Translations under genes and position numbers: made by a program
Shown here: positions 15,473 to 24,373 of the stretch, piece after piece
Numbering within the stretch: the first letter of the stretch is position 1
Layout of the letters: the number at the start of each line of letters is the position of its first letter
From: a virus
Direction: 5' to 3' (one strand)
Virus record (IMG/VR): IMGVR_UViG_3300043313_000403
Location: 1-44,426 of that record
Length of the DNA stretch: 44,426 nt
Notes under the pieces: model-generated
What the model was told of the DNA's origin: nothing
What the model saw: only the letters and a program-made list of their open reading frames with translations
Databases searched by the model: none

Positions 15473-15824
15473 TGAGATTACACTGGACGTTCCTCCGTCG
15501 CTGGAGAAATACACCATCCATTTGGGATTATTCTTCGCTGGCATGATCGAAAAGCTGGACAAGAATTCCCACAAGGATACCCCAACGATTGCCACTATCC
15601 CCAAAATCCTGAGCCTGTTGCAGGGAGAAGTAGAGGAATTTAAGGATCAGTTCTATGAGGATAGGAACAACGAAAATACATTGATCGAACTGATGGACGT
15701 GGCCAACTTCGCATTTTTGGCCTACATCGCATTGAGGCTGCAAGGGGTGGAGCATGCGAATAAAAATAAGAAAATCGGATCAACGGTGGTTCAAGAAGAA
15801 ATACGGAAAGGACTGGAAAAATAG
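15462..15824 (+). CDS. mazZ: MazG-like all-alpha NTP pyrophosphohydrolase (MazZ candidate)
   Basis: Metal-binding motifs GEVEEFKDQ and ELMDVANFAFL. It is 120 aa and overlaps the purZ stop by 11 nt. Confidence 0.7.
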   Translation: MQNDEITLDVPPSLEKYTIHLGLFFAGMIEKLDKNSHKDTPTIATIPKILSLLQGEVEEFKDQFYEDRNNENTLIELMDVANFAFLAYIALRLQGVEHANKNKKIGSTVVQEEIRKGLEK

Positions 15825-15883
15825 ACTAACGCAGCATATTCACAACGAAGTTTGGGCACGAAAGAACAGGGCAGGCTGGCATT

Positions 15884-17275
15884 ATGAGCCAACTTTTGGA
15901 AGTACAAGCGAAGGCGCTGACAAGCGCGCATGACCGCCCCGGATTCGCTTACTACATGGAAATGGGGCTGGGGAAGACACTTACGGCGTTAACCGAATTT
16001 CAGATTCTAGTGGAGGCCAAACAAGCTACCCGATTGGTTGTGGTGTGCCCCAATTCGTTCAAGGCGGGATGGGCGGATGAAATCAAGAAGCACGACATGA
16101 ACTTCCGCGTCCACCTGTTCGAATCCGGTAACGATTGGGTCAACGACATGTTCCTCCGGGAGCAGTTCGACAAACCCCCGGTGCTCGTCATAAACTACGA
16201 GGCGATCCGCAAGGATGACACGTTCAATTATATCCGAAGATTTGTGGCTGGTCGCGCCGCAATGATTGTGCTGGACGAATCGGTGCAGATCAAGACATAC
16301 AACAGCCAGCAGACCAAGGCCGCGCTCGCGTTGGCTCAATATTTCGTATATAAGCGCATTTTGTCCGGCAAGCCTGTAACCCAAGGCCCACACGACCTTT
16401 GGGCACAGATGAAGTTCATCGGAGCGATCAGCGAAAAATACTTTCCGTTCAAGACCACCTTCTGCAAGATGGGCGGTTTCAAAGCCAAGAAGGTAGTGGG
16501 CACCCAAAATGAAGAGTTACTTGCGGCTAAGATTGAGAAATTCATATTTCGGGCCTCCAAGAAGGACTGGACCGATCTGCCACCGAAGATGTATACCTCG
16601 CGGCAATACCAACTTCCAGCTAAGCTTGCAGCACAGTATAAGAGCATGGAAGATGATTTTGTACTTTGGCTTGACGAAAGTCAGAACGTGGCTGTCGACG
16701 CGTTCATCACGAAATACATAAAGCTAGCCCAGATACAGTCCGGATTCATCATCAAGGAAGACGGCTCGGTAGAGGAACTAGTCGCCCCGGAGGACAACCC
16801 CCGGTTCAACTTGGTCCGCGACATTATCGAAGAGACAGACGGTAAGGTGGTGGTCCCGTATATTCACCGGTACACGTCGCACTTGCTGCTGCGGAGCTTG
16901 GAGGACTACTTCCCCGCGATGATCAAGGGTGGTATGTCCCCGGAGGAAATTCAATTCAACAAAGCTAGGTTCAACGATGACGATGCATGCAGGGTTATCC
17001 TGGTACAAACCAGAGCGGGAAAGTACGGTCACACTCTTCTTGGAGGGGAAGGAGCTTTGGATAGATGCTCCACGATGGTGTTTGCCGAGAATTCTTACTC
17101 TCTTGACGACCGGAGCCAAATCGAAGACAGAATCCACCGACATGGGCAAACGGCTAACAGTTGTCTATATGTCGATGTTTGGGGCACTGATTTGGATCGC
17201 CGTGTCACGAGAGCGCTTCAAGTCAAAGAGGACATAGCCCAAGCAGTGTTCTCGTACTTCAAAAAGACCGCCTAA
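15884..17275 (+). CDS. SNF2/SWI2-family helicase
   Basis: Motif I MEMGLGKTLTAL, motif II VLDESVQIK, motif VI QIEDRIHRHGQ. Confidence 0.88.
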   Translation: MSQLLEVQAKALTSAHDRPGFAYYMEMGLGKTLTALTEFQILVEAKQATRLVVVCPNSFKAGWADEIKKHDMNFRVHLFESGNDWVNDMFLREQFDKPPVLVINYEAIRKDDTFNYIRRFVAGRAAMIVLDESVQIKTYNSQQTKAALALAQYFVYKRILSGKPVTQGPHDLWAQMKFIGAISEKYFPFKTTFCKMGGFKAKKVVGTQNEELLAAKIEKFIFRASKKDWTDLPPKMYTSRQYQLPAKLAAQYKSMEDDFVLWLDESQNVAVDAFITKYIKLAQIQSGFIIKEDGSVEELVAPEDNPRFNLVRDIIEETDGKVVVPYIHRYTSHLLLRSLEDYFPAMIKGGMSPEEIQFNKARFNDDDACRVILVQTRAGKYGHTLLGGEGALDRCSTMVFAENSYSLDDRSQIEDRIHRHGQTANSCLYVDVWGTDLDRRVTRALQVKEDIAQAVFSYFKKTA

Positions 17276-17720
17276 ACCCAAGCAGCGCCCTCCAATCCTG
17301 AGGATTGGTCATTTCGCCACGCGCGCTGAAATCACCCGCCGACGTTGGCAGCGTAACACCCATGTTAACGCGGGGTTGTGGACCGAATTGCTCCACCGAA
17401 ATTTCAGGTAGAGGACCGCCGTAACCCTGCGGTTCTGGAGGTTGCACATTCGCTGGGGGTAGCTCTGCTCCTCTAACACCGGCATTCGGTGCAGCGTAAC
17501 TACCGTAGAGATCCGGCTGGATAAGCTTCTGAAATTCTTGCATTCTAAGTATATCTTGCATGCCCAAATTGTCCGCCATAGGTGTAACTGACGGGGGATT
17601 AGTCATAACTCTCCGGAGTGCCTCCATCTTTGCCAGTTCGGTGGGGGTTTGTGGCAGAAATTCTACGTCGCGGCGAAGATTAGCCGTTGGCCACCGTTCA
17701 TTTACGCGATCATCCACCAT
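17259..17720 (-). CDS. Virion-module protein (153 aa), last gene of the late arm
   Basis: TAATG coupling to the upstream gene. It overlaps the convergent SNF2 gene by 17 nt. No motif. Confidence 0.55.
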   Translation of the reverse strand: MVDDRVNERWPTANLRRDVEFLPQTPTELAKMEALRRVMTNPPSVTPMADNLGMQDILRMQEFQKLIQPDLYGSYAAPNAGVRGAELPPANVQPPEPQGYGGPLPEISVEQFGPQPRVNMGVTLPTSAGDFSARGEMTNPQDWRALLGFRRSF

Positions 17721-18856
17721 TATGGATCGTACCCCAAGTCTTCGACGCCCGAATAATCCAGCAGTCCCTTCATCCCCATCAGTCGGAGCTTAGTCTGCTC
17801 CGCAGGCGTAATAGGCGGTACGTATTTCTTAGTCCGCGTCATGGTTCGGCGGAGGTTTTGGAGTGCTTCCTCTGTCCCGCCCGCCGAAATATGCTTAAAT
17901 ATGTTGGCCGCGCCGGAAAACGCGCCGGTAGTTAGAATACCGGCCAAGGGACCAGCAGCCTGATTTGCGCCGATACCAGCCGTAGCGCCGATAATCTTGT
18001 TATCCAAATAGCTACCGATCTTTCGAGTAGCGTTGGTAGCAGGATCGCCTGCGGCAATTTTGTTCAGCAGGGCTATCTCCCCCGGAGACATCATGGGCCG
18101 ATTCTTCCCCGGAGCGACCGTCGTAGCCAGCTTACTGGCAACACCCCTGACAGCCCTCTGCTCAGCCAATGGATCGTCACTTAGTTTAGCTTGTTCTTTC
18201 GCTTGATGGAATTTGGCCTCCACCACTTCTGCCTTGGTGGGATCGCGGCCCTTAGGCAGGACTTTGACGGTCACTGGCGGAACATCATCAATGCCGCGCG
18301 CCCACTTATACCCCTTATTGAGTACATTACCTATCTGGTGCCCAATGGCTGATCCACCGGCTCCCCACATCGTGCCCGTCCCGACGTCCTGATCGTGCGT
18401 CGACGCATCGACGGCACCGTACCCCGCGCCCTCACCCGCCGCAGCCGTCGTCCCGACCACCGTCCGCGCGGCTGGACCACCGCCAGCCCACTTGACGAGT
18501 TTGGGCACCGCCGATGGAATAGCCCGAGCGAATAGCCCCGCATCCAATGCCGTACCAGCCCAACCCATGCTGTCTTTGATGGCTTGGGTCTTCATTCTCT
18601 CTTCGGGGTCGCCGGTATACTTCTCATACGCCTTATCAGCGAGGCCAGCCGTCATGGTATTGAGACCCATTACGCCGACGTCTTTCATGGCCCGAAAAGG
18701 CTTTGCCCATTCGGGGAGTGCATCGCCGGACTTCTGATATTCGTCGCTGATTTGTTGTTGACGCCAAGCATGCCACCCCTTCACCGCTTCTTCGGGGCTA
18801 TTAGCATCAACGTCATACAGTTTGCCATCAGAGCCAGTCACTGGATAGGTTGGCAT
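17720..18856 (-). CDS. Putative internal virion / ejection protein (378 aa, Gly/Ala-rich)
   Basis: GAGGTAA RBS. Gly/Ala-rich hydrophobic stretches. Its position at the distal end of the late arm matches podovirus core proteins. Confidence 0.6.
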   Translation of the reverse strand: MPTYPVTGSDGKLYDVDANSPEEAVKGWHAWRQQQISDEYQKSGDALPEWAKPFRAMKDVGVMGLNTMTAGLADKAYEKYTGDPEERMKTQAIKDSMGWAGTALDAGLFARAIPSAVPKLVKWAGGGPAARTVVGTTAAAGEGAGYGAVDASTHDQDVGTGTMWGAGGSAIGHQIGNVLNKGYKWARGIDDVPPVTVKVLPKGRDPTKAEVVEAKFHQAKEQAKLSDDPLAEQRAVRGVASKLATTVAPGKNRPMMSPGEIALLNKIAAGDPATNATRKIGSYLDNKIIGATAGIGANQAAGPLAGILTTGAFSGAANIFKHISAGGTEEALQNLRRTMTRTKKYVPPITPAEQTKLRLMGMKGLLDYSGVEDLGYDP

Positions 18857-18860
18857 ATCG

Positions 18861-20423
18861 TTACCTCGGTCTAACTTCTACTTTGATGGGGCCTTTTCCG
18901 CTCAGTTCTTTGGCGAGGATCTCATCCGTCCTGCGGTGAAGATCAGCCATGAACTTAGATGTTGCGGCAGCGGGGTCTGTTTTGTTATCATAATCATCCG
19001 TAGCCAGCAATTCCATCGCCGCCTTGATGCGAGCCAAAGTAGGCTTGATATTCTGGCCGCTCTGATAAGTCTCCAAAGGCCCAAACACGCTGGCCAACAT
19101 CTTCTGTTCAAAGTCGGTAACTGCACCAAGGCCGGATGCCCCGGTTTTAGAAGCTTCGCGCAGTCCTTTCAACGTTTCCAACGCTACGTTGGCTTTGAGA
19201 GAACTCAGTTGGGCGTCGATATTGTCTGCCGGTGTTCCGCCAGGCGAAAGTGATCGTGCCCAACGGGAACCGAAACCGGTGGCTCCCGGCTTATCCACCA
19301 ATCCCAAAGCCGTATCGACAGCAGAGCCAATCGCCGTAGAAGTAAGGTTGGCGTGGATTTTGGATTTGAGTTCCTTCTTCTGCTCGTCGGTGAGCTTCTT
19401 AGCTTCCTCTTTGGCCTTATTTGCTGCTTCTTCCTCCGGAGAACCGCCTGGAATTTTGTACAACGTGGGTTTGCCGTCTGGACCAACCTTAACGCTGTTG
19501 TCTTGATTACGTACGTAGTCATAACCCTTTTCCGGAGCCTGATACGGAGCGTTGTCTTTATTGTTGACGGTCACGGATTGGCTGGGGTGCAACATTTTGA
19601 GGAAGTCTTCGGGACTAATGGGGGGCTTACCCTGAGCGACCAGCGCAGCGTTGAACTCATCGAATTGCTGCTTATTGTTGGTGGGCTTCAATCCTACCGG
19701 TGTGGTTATGCCATCGTCGGGTATACGCTTGCTCTTAAGAACCGGCCCATTCGGCCCATCAACGAACTGACCTTCTTCCGGAGTCTCGCCGCCAAGTTCA
19801 GCAAGTTTCTGGCCGGTGCGTTGATTGAACAGTATGGTCTTGCCGGTTTCCTTGTCTTCGACGTGGCCCAACTGTTCGGTGGAATAAGTCTTGATTACGT
19901 CGCCCAAATTCCCGGATGCTTGTAAGGCTGCGGCTTGAGCAGGCGAAAGCTTATACTGCTTGATCAACGCCGGGAGCGCTTGCTGCATAATAAGTTGTTG
20001 CTTCTGCGCGTCAGCCTGCTTTTGGAAATTGATCATGTCGTTGGCCGACAGAGACATTCCGCCGGATCCGCCGTGGCCAGAAGCGCTGATTAGCGCCGCA
20101 CGATTAGTGGGGCTATTCGACAGACCAGCCGCGATAAGATTGAGGCCCGAATCCAGCCGCGCCGCGTTCTGATTTTTCTCCATCAGCGCGACATACATGT
20201 TAGCCAAATCGGAAGGGGACTGCAGGGCTTTCGGTTGAGCAGCGGGCGGTATCGGATTGGTTACCGGTGTCGCTGCGCCTTGAGGCGCAGTCGGCTGCGG
20301 AGGCGGGGGTGCCGCTTGCTGCACGGGCGGAGGCCCCGGAGGTGCCGCACCTTGCGCGCCCATAATTGCAGCGTTCGGATCTTCGCCGCCCACCAACTTC
20401 CGGATGATTTCGCCGATATCCAT
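18861..20423 (-). CDS. Putative internal virion protein (520 aa, Pro-rich N-terminus)
   Basis: N-terminal AAPPGPPPVQQAAPPPPQP followed by helical Lys/Glu-rich regions. No enzymatic motif seen. Confidence 0.6.
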   Translation of the reverse strand: MDIGEIIRKLVGGEDPNAAIMGAQGAAPPGPPPVQQAAPPPPQPTAPQGAATPVTNPIPPAAQPKALQSPSDLANMYVALMEKNQNAARLDSGLNLIAAGLSNSPTNRAALISASGHGGSGGMSLSANDMINFQKQADAQKQQLIMQQALPALIKQYKLSPAQAAALQASGNLGDVIKTYSTEQLGHVEDKETGKTILFNQRTGQKLAELGGETPEEGQFVDGPNGPVLKSKRIPDDGITTPVGLKPTNNKQQFDEFNAALVAQGKPPISPEDFLKMLHPSQSVTVNNKDNAPYQAPEKGYDYVRNQDNSVKVGPDGKPTLYKIPGGSPEEEAANKAKEEAKKLTDEQKKELKSKIHANLTSTAIGSAVDTALGLVDKPGATGFGSRWARSLSPGGTPADNIDAQLSSLKANVALETLKGLREASKTGASGLGAVTDFEQKMLASVFGPLETYQSGQNIKPTLARIKAAMELLATDDYDNKTDPAAATSKFMADLHRRTDEILAKELSGKGPIKVEVRPR

Positions 20424-20426
20424 GAC

Positions 20427-21080
20427 TTATCGTCCTGTCAAAGTAAGGCCACGCTTATTTTGCATCAACGCCGCCATTAGCTGCCCCGCCATCTGGTTGG
20501 GATTGTTGGGTTGTTCAGCGGTCATAACTGGGAACGGGTTAGCGACCGGAGCTTTGGGGCGCATACCCTTGGCAATATCATCCATCCCGGCCAGCATTTT
20601 CTGATAATCGCCACCCTTATCAAACGCCTTAGCTTCCTCGGGAGTTCCGGGTAAACCTACCGTTCCGGCCCAACCCAAAGCAGGATTCTGAGCAGGGGTG
20701 GAAGTAAGCGAAACACCCGGAGGGGCATTAGGAACTGGGTCAGTTCCCTCCACCGGGAAGACACGGGCCGGTGGAGGGGCTGCCCGTGCAACAGATGGGC
20801 TGGGGGCTGTTACTGCTGCAGGAGAAATATCCACAGGAGGCACCAACGGCGGCCTGCCGTGGGGGTACAGGTTGACCGGAGGCGCGGCGGGATCGGTGGC
20901 TGGCCCTCCCGGTGCCCGTATCACATCGGTGCGGATAGACTCGTCCGGAGCAGCGGGCGGAATAACAGGTGGGACAGCGAAGCTCCGGGTTGCTGGGTCC
21001 GGTATAGGAGTAATAGGCGTACCGGTTAGAGTAATTCCTCTGGCTGCCCTGATTTTCGCTGCGAATTCCTCGGGTGTCAT
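20427..21080 (-). CDS. Pro-rich virion-module protein (217 aa)
   Basis: ATGA overlap with the upstream gene. Extreme Pro content. An RG[IL]TLTG motif occurs at both the N- and C-termini. Confidence 0.6.
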   Translation of the reverse strand: MTPEEFAAKIRAARGITLTGTPITPIPDPATRSFAVPPVIPPAAPDESIRTDVIRAPGGPATDPAAPPVNLYPHGRPPLVPPVDISPAAVTAPSPSVARAAPPPARVFPVEGTDPVPNAPPGVSLTSTPAQNPALGWAGTVGLPGTPEEAKAFDKGGDYQKMLAGMDDIAKGMRPKAPVANPFPVMTAEQPNNPNQMAGQLMAALMQNKRGLTLTGR

Positions 21081-22297
21081 TTCAACACCTCCATAAGATT
21101 ATTAATGTCGACAGTCTTGTACCGACCCACCTTCTTGATGGCTTTGGGGTACTTCTTCTCGATGTCTTGCGCCATCGGCCCCACCACTTTCGGGTATGTC
21201 TTTGGGTCGTCCTTGTACCGATAAGAGTACAGCGGGATTTCGCCGTCGGTCAATTTGGTGATGTCGGTCTTAGTATTGCGATCTGACATGGCATACAATG
21301 CCGGGAGTGATTTCAGCACGCCAAGCCCCGTCGTAGCCCAATCCATGGGGGTTTCCGTGGAGGAAGTGCCGGTTCCTGTCGTGGTCTTGCCGTAAGGCGA
21401 CATGCCCAAAGCAGCCAGCCGCATGTTAAGCTGCTCAACGGGGTAATTTTTGGCCTCGTCGAACTTAGCCATTTCGGCATCGATCATCTTCTGACGCTGC
21501 GCTTGATCCTGTTGCCCACCCGACATTAAGTTGGTAATATCCTGTTGGTTGGCTGCAAGCTTAGAGGCTGCGGTGTTCAAATAACCAGCACCTTGCTGTC
21601 CAAGGCCAGCCCCAACAGCCCCGTAACCAGCGGCTTGTTGCCCCATGCCGCTCGTGGTGTTCAACAACCCACCTGCAGCAGCTTGCTTGCCCGATCGATC
21701 GGATATAGCGGTTTGGGTGGCGAAATCAATGCCTGCTTTGCGCAACGCGGCGCTCAAATCGCCGATGTTTTTCGTGCCCTCCGCCTGCGCGACACCTTGC
21801 TGCACCCCAAATCGGGACCCACCGAATGCACCGGCTTTTTCGGCAGCAGACGCATTCCCCGCCATTTGTTGCGTAAGCGACGTGTTGGCGTTACGTATCG
21901 CATTACTCTCTACTTCGCTGGTGTACGGATTTAGATACTTATTGATATCCAAATCACCAGCAGTTCCGCGATAAATACCAGCTGCCTCGCCGAATAACGG
22001 GTTGGCAGCGTCTAACACGCCGCTGGCTTTGCCGTACATTGAACCGGCGGTGTCGTAAGCCCCGGTAGCTTTGTCGATCAAAGGGTTGGCAGCGCCGACG
22101 TTGCCCTTGATAAGGTCGTAACCTTGGGTGGTCATGGCTGAAGGATCAGCGACACGTGTGCCTTGGTACTGAGACAGTGGCCTACCGGACACGTCCTTCG
22201 CCATCTGATAATTAGATTGCGAGGCTTCGTCCACCCAAGCAGGAAGCTCTACTTTTTGCTGCTGCGAAGTATTGGTAGTCGAGGTTGTGCCACCCAT
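21077..22297 (-). CDS. Gly/Ala/Gln-rich protein with C-terminal S74-type intramolecular chaperone domain
   Basis: ATG at 22297 follows an AAGGAG RBS; the track ORF extends further upstream over the neighbour. The C-terminus SDRNTKTDITKL...PLYSYRYKDD...GPMAQDIEKKYPKAI matches the endosialidase-chaperone autoproteolytic domain. Confidence 0.75.
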   Translation of the reverse strand: MGGTTSTTNTSQQQKVELPAWVDEASQSNYQMAKDVSGRPLSQYQGTRVADPSAMTTQGYDLIKGNVGAANPLIDKATGAYDTAGSMYGKASGVLDAANPLFGEAAGIYRGTAGDLDINKYLNPYTSEVESNAIRNANTSLTQQMAGNASAAEKAGAFGGSRFGVQQGVAQAEGTKNIGDLSAALRKAGIDFATQTAISDRSGKQAAAGGLLNTTSGMGQQAAGYGAVGAGLGQQGAGYLNTAASKLAANQQDITNLMSGGQQDQAQRQKMIDAEMAKFDEAKNYPVEQLNMRLAALGMSPYGKTTTGTGTSSTETPMDWATTGLGVLKSLPALYAMSDRNTKTDITKLTDGEIPLYSYRYKDDPKTYPKVVGPMAQDIEKKYPKAIKKVGRYKTVDINNLMEVLK

Positions 22298-22298
22298 C

Positions 22299-22655
22299 TT
22301 ATAGCTCCTTCGCATACATCGTACCGGCCTTCTTCCAACCGGGAGTGCGGAAATCCCACCAGCCGTCGCGTCCAATGGCGGTTATCACATCGGCCCCGAT
22401 TCCTTTGGCCCACGCGTCTATTTTGGCTTCGAGCGCTAGCGAATCTTTCATGTCACCGACAACCACTAGGATGTTGACGGATTTCTTCAGAGGGAATTCG
22501 TGCACCTGAGTAATAGCCCAAGTGTCCCCTACGACGTGGCCTTGCGCTGTGCCCTTTTTCAGCATCGCGGAAATGTCCTGCAGAGTGAACAGATCGCCAG
22601 CTTCTTTCAGCGCCCGCTGCATTTTTCGCATCATCGCCGCGTCGGTGATAATCAT
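22299..22655 (-). CDS. Hypothetical protein (118 aa)
   Basis: ATGA overlap with the upstream gene. No motif. Confidence 0.55.
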   Translation of the reverse strand: MIITDAAMMRKMQRALKEAGDLFTLQDISAMLKKGTAQGHVVGDTWAITQVHEFPLKKSVNILVVVGDMKDSLALEAKIDAWAKGIGADVITAIGRDGWWDFRTPGWKKAGTMYAKEL

Positions 22656-22858
22656 GTCCCGGATACCTTGGTGGCCGTAATAACCCCAGTATCGCTCACT
22701 TTAATTTCAAACACTTTGAGGCTAGGCGAATACAACAGCAGTGATTTGTTGCCAGTGGTGGCTCGCATGTAATCCTTGTCGGTGCGCTCTGATTCTCGCA
22801 GGTATTCGACAAGGAACTTAGTAACCGCAGGGTCTTCGAAATTCGGAACTTTCATCAT
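22652..22858 (-). CDS. Hypothetical protein (68 aa)
   Basis: TAATG-type coupling to the upstream gene. Confidence 0.5.
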   Translation of the reverse strand: MMKVPNFEDPAVTKFLVEYLRESERTDKDYMRATTGNKSLLLYSPSLKVFEIKVSDTGVITATKVSGT

Positions 22859-24366
22859 TATTTGCCACCCCTCGGCTTCATGTCAAAAATAATTGGGCCA
22901 AGGGTACTCCAATTGATGTTCTTTACCATGTCTATACGTAGCCGAAGGTCCCGCGCTGTCTCCCGTAAATCTACCCAACCATGTATGTTCACCGTGCGCT
23001 GCGGCGATTGGGTTTGTTTGGAATACACAGCACGATCATTATTCTTCATCAATGAAAAAGCCAAAGCAGTTTTATCCCCCATAATGTCGGGGAGTATCTT
23101 AGTAATGGTGGTCCATTTCTCGCCGCCCATCACGTTCAAAGTATGGGACTCCAAGTACGGCATAAACAGTGCTTCGGGGTAAGTAAAACCAACTTCGTGC
23201 TTCCATACCCTAAATCCGTCCGACATTAGTGGATTACGGTCGTTGCCGTACGTAATGCCGCACGTCCTGCTGAGAAATCCTGGCATCCATATTTTAGACC
23301 TGTAATCCAGCGCAACGTAACGACTGGTTTGGAGGCCCAAATTGATGTCCACCCAGAACCACCATATTTCGCCCCGGCTCGCGATACTCACCACGGATGC
23401 TTCGCGGATGGTCCTACCGAAATCCATTCTAGCGGATATGGAATCCCAAAGTGGGCATGGGATAATGTCGGCGGTGTTGCCATTCCACAACCAGAACCCC
23501 TCAACCGAAATCCAAATGATACCCTCGGGGATGGATGCCGTAGAAGCGGCAGACATTGGAATAGGCACCTTGCCTACGGGCCGAATACGATACACGTAAG
23601 GCAGCCCTATGTAATCCAATACGTGCGTCATCGCGGGAGTGAACGCTAAAATACCGGCGGAAGATAACCTCGCGGCCACGATAGGCGATAATGGATCCAC
23701 CGTGTAACTGCCAGCCGTATTGGTCGTGCTGGCGAAATTCCAATCAGTGATGTCTTCTTGGCTGCACCAGCCAATGTCACCGAATGCACCAGCCATCCCG
23801 AACAGCATGACGTGGCGTTCCGGAGTAATCAAAAATTGTCGATTTGCTACCGGAGCGCCGGTTACCGCCGTTAATTTCGTACCCGGAGTCGTTGGGGACC
23901 ACTTATACAGATGTCCCTCGTAACTCCACATCACCAGCAGATCTTGACCCCAATTGTCCGCCGACCAAACTAAGGAGAATTTCTGTAAGGTGGACACCGC
24001 GCCGAGAACATCTACACCGTATAAATCTTCGCCGTAGTCCAATTCGCCATAACCAGCGTTATCGCCCGATGGGGCGGGTATCCCAACCGCAGGCGTAATA
24101 TCGGTTAGTGACCCGCCCGATTCCACGTAGCAATGTTGCTCACATACATAAGCAGTCCAAACGATGCCATTAAGGGCTATCCAGCGATGCATGTACCGAA
24201 TGCGGGATGCAAACGTCCCCGTTAGGACTACCTGTTCCCAGCCGCCCACCGGCTTGAGAGTAGTTCCGTCATCCCATCGCACAAGGTTGGCGTCCCGCCA
24301 ATTGGATATCTTGGCAGACCTAGACAGTAAAGTTGTTACCCCCGGAGGGAATTCTACGGGAATCAT
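22858..24366 (-). CDS. Tail structural protein (502 aa; nozzle or tubular type possible)
   Basis: Large beta-rich, Trp-rich protein between the fibre genes and internal proteins. The function is positional inference only. Confidence 0.6.
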   Translation of the reverse strand: MIPVEFPPGVTTLLSRSAKISNWRDANLVRWDDGTTLKPVGGWEQVVLTGTFASRIRYMHRWIALNGIVWTAYVCEQHCYVESGGSLTDITPAVGIPAPSGDNAGYGELDYGEDLYGVDVLGAVSTLQKFSLVWSADNWGQDLLVMWSYEGHLYKWSPTTPGTKLTAVTGAPVANRQFLITPERHVMLFGMAGAFGDIGWCSQEDITDWNFASTTNTAGSYTVDPLSPIVAARLSSAGILAFTPAMTHVLDYIGLPYVYRIRPVGKVPIPMSAASTASIPEGIIWISVEGFWLWNGNTADIIPCPLWDSISARMDFGRTIREASVVSIASRGEIWWFWVDINLGLQTSRYVALDYRSKIWMPGFLSRTCGITYGNDRNPLMSDGFRVWKHEVGFTYPEALFMPYLESHTLNVMGGEKWTTITKILPDIMGDKTALAFSLMKNNDRAVYSKQTQSPQRTVNIHGWVDLRETARDLRLRIDMVKNINWSTLGPIIFDMKPRGGK

Positions 24367-24373
24367 CGCTGCC

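Noticed and set aside
17292-17308. Hairpin ccaatcc-tga-ggattgg at the convergence of the two arms as a bidirectional terminator
   Set aside because: It has only a 7-bp stem and 3-nt loop, lies inside CDS 17259-17720 and lacks a clear U-tract. It is possible but too weak to call.
20436-20441. TTGACA (minus strand) just upstream of the 520-aa gene, and further TTGAC(A/G) hits at 11668, 11711, 16670, 25481, 32110, 33470 and 38760
   Set aside because: None has a TAnnAT hexamer 16-18 nt downstream or the GTG(G/C) element, so I treat them as chance hexamer matches.
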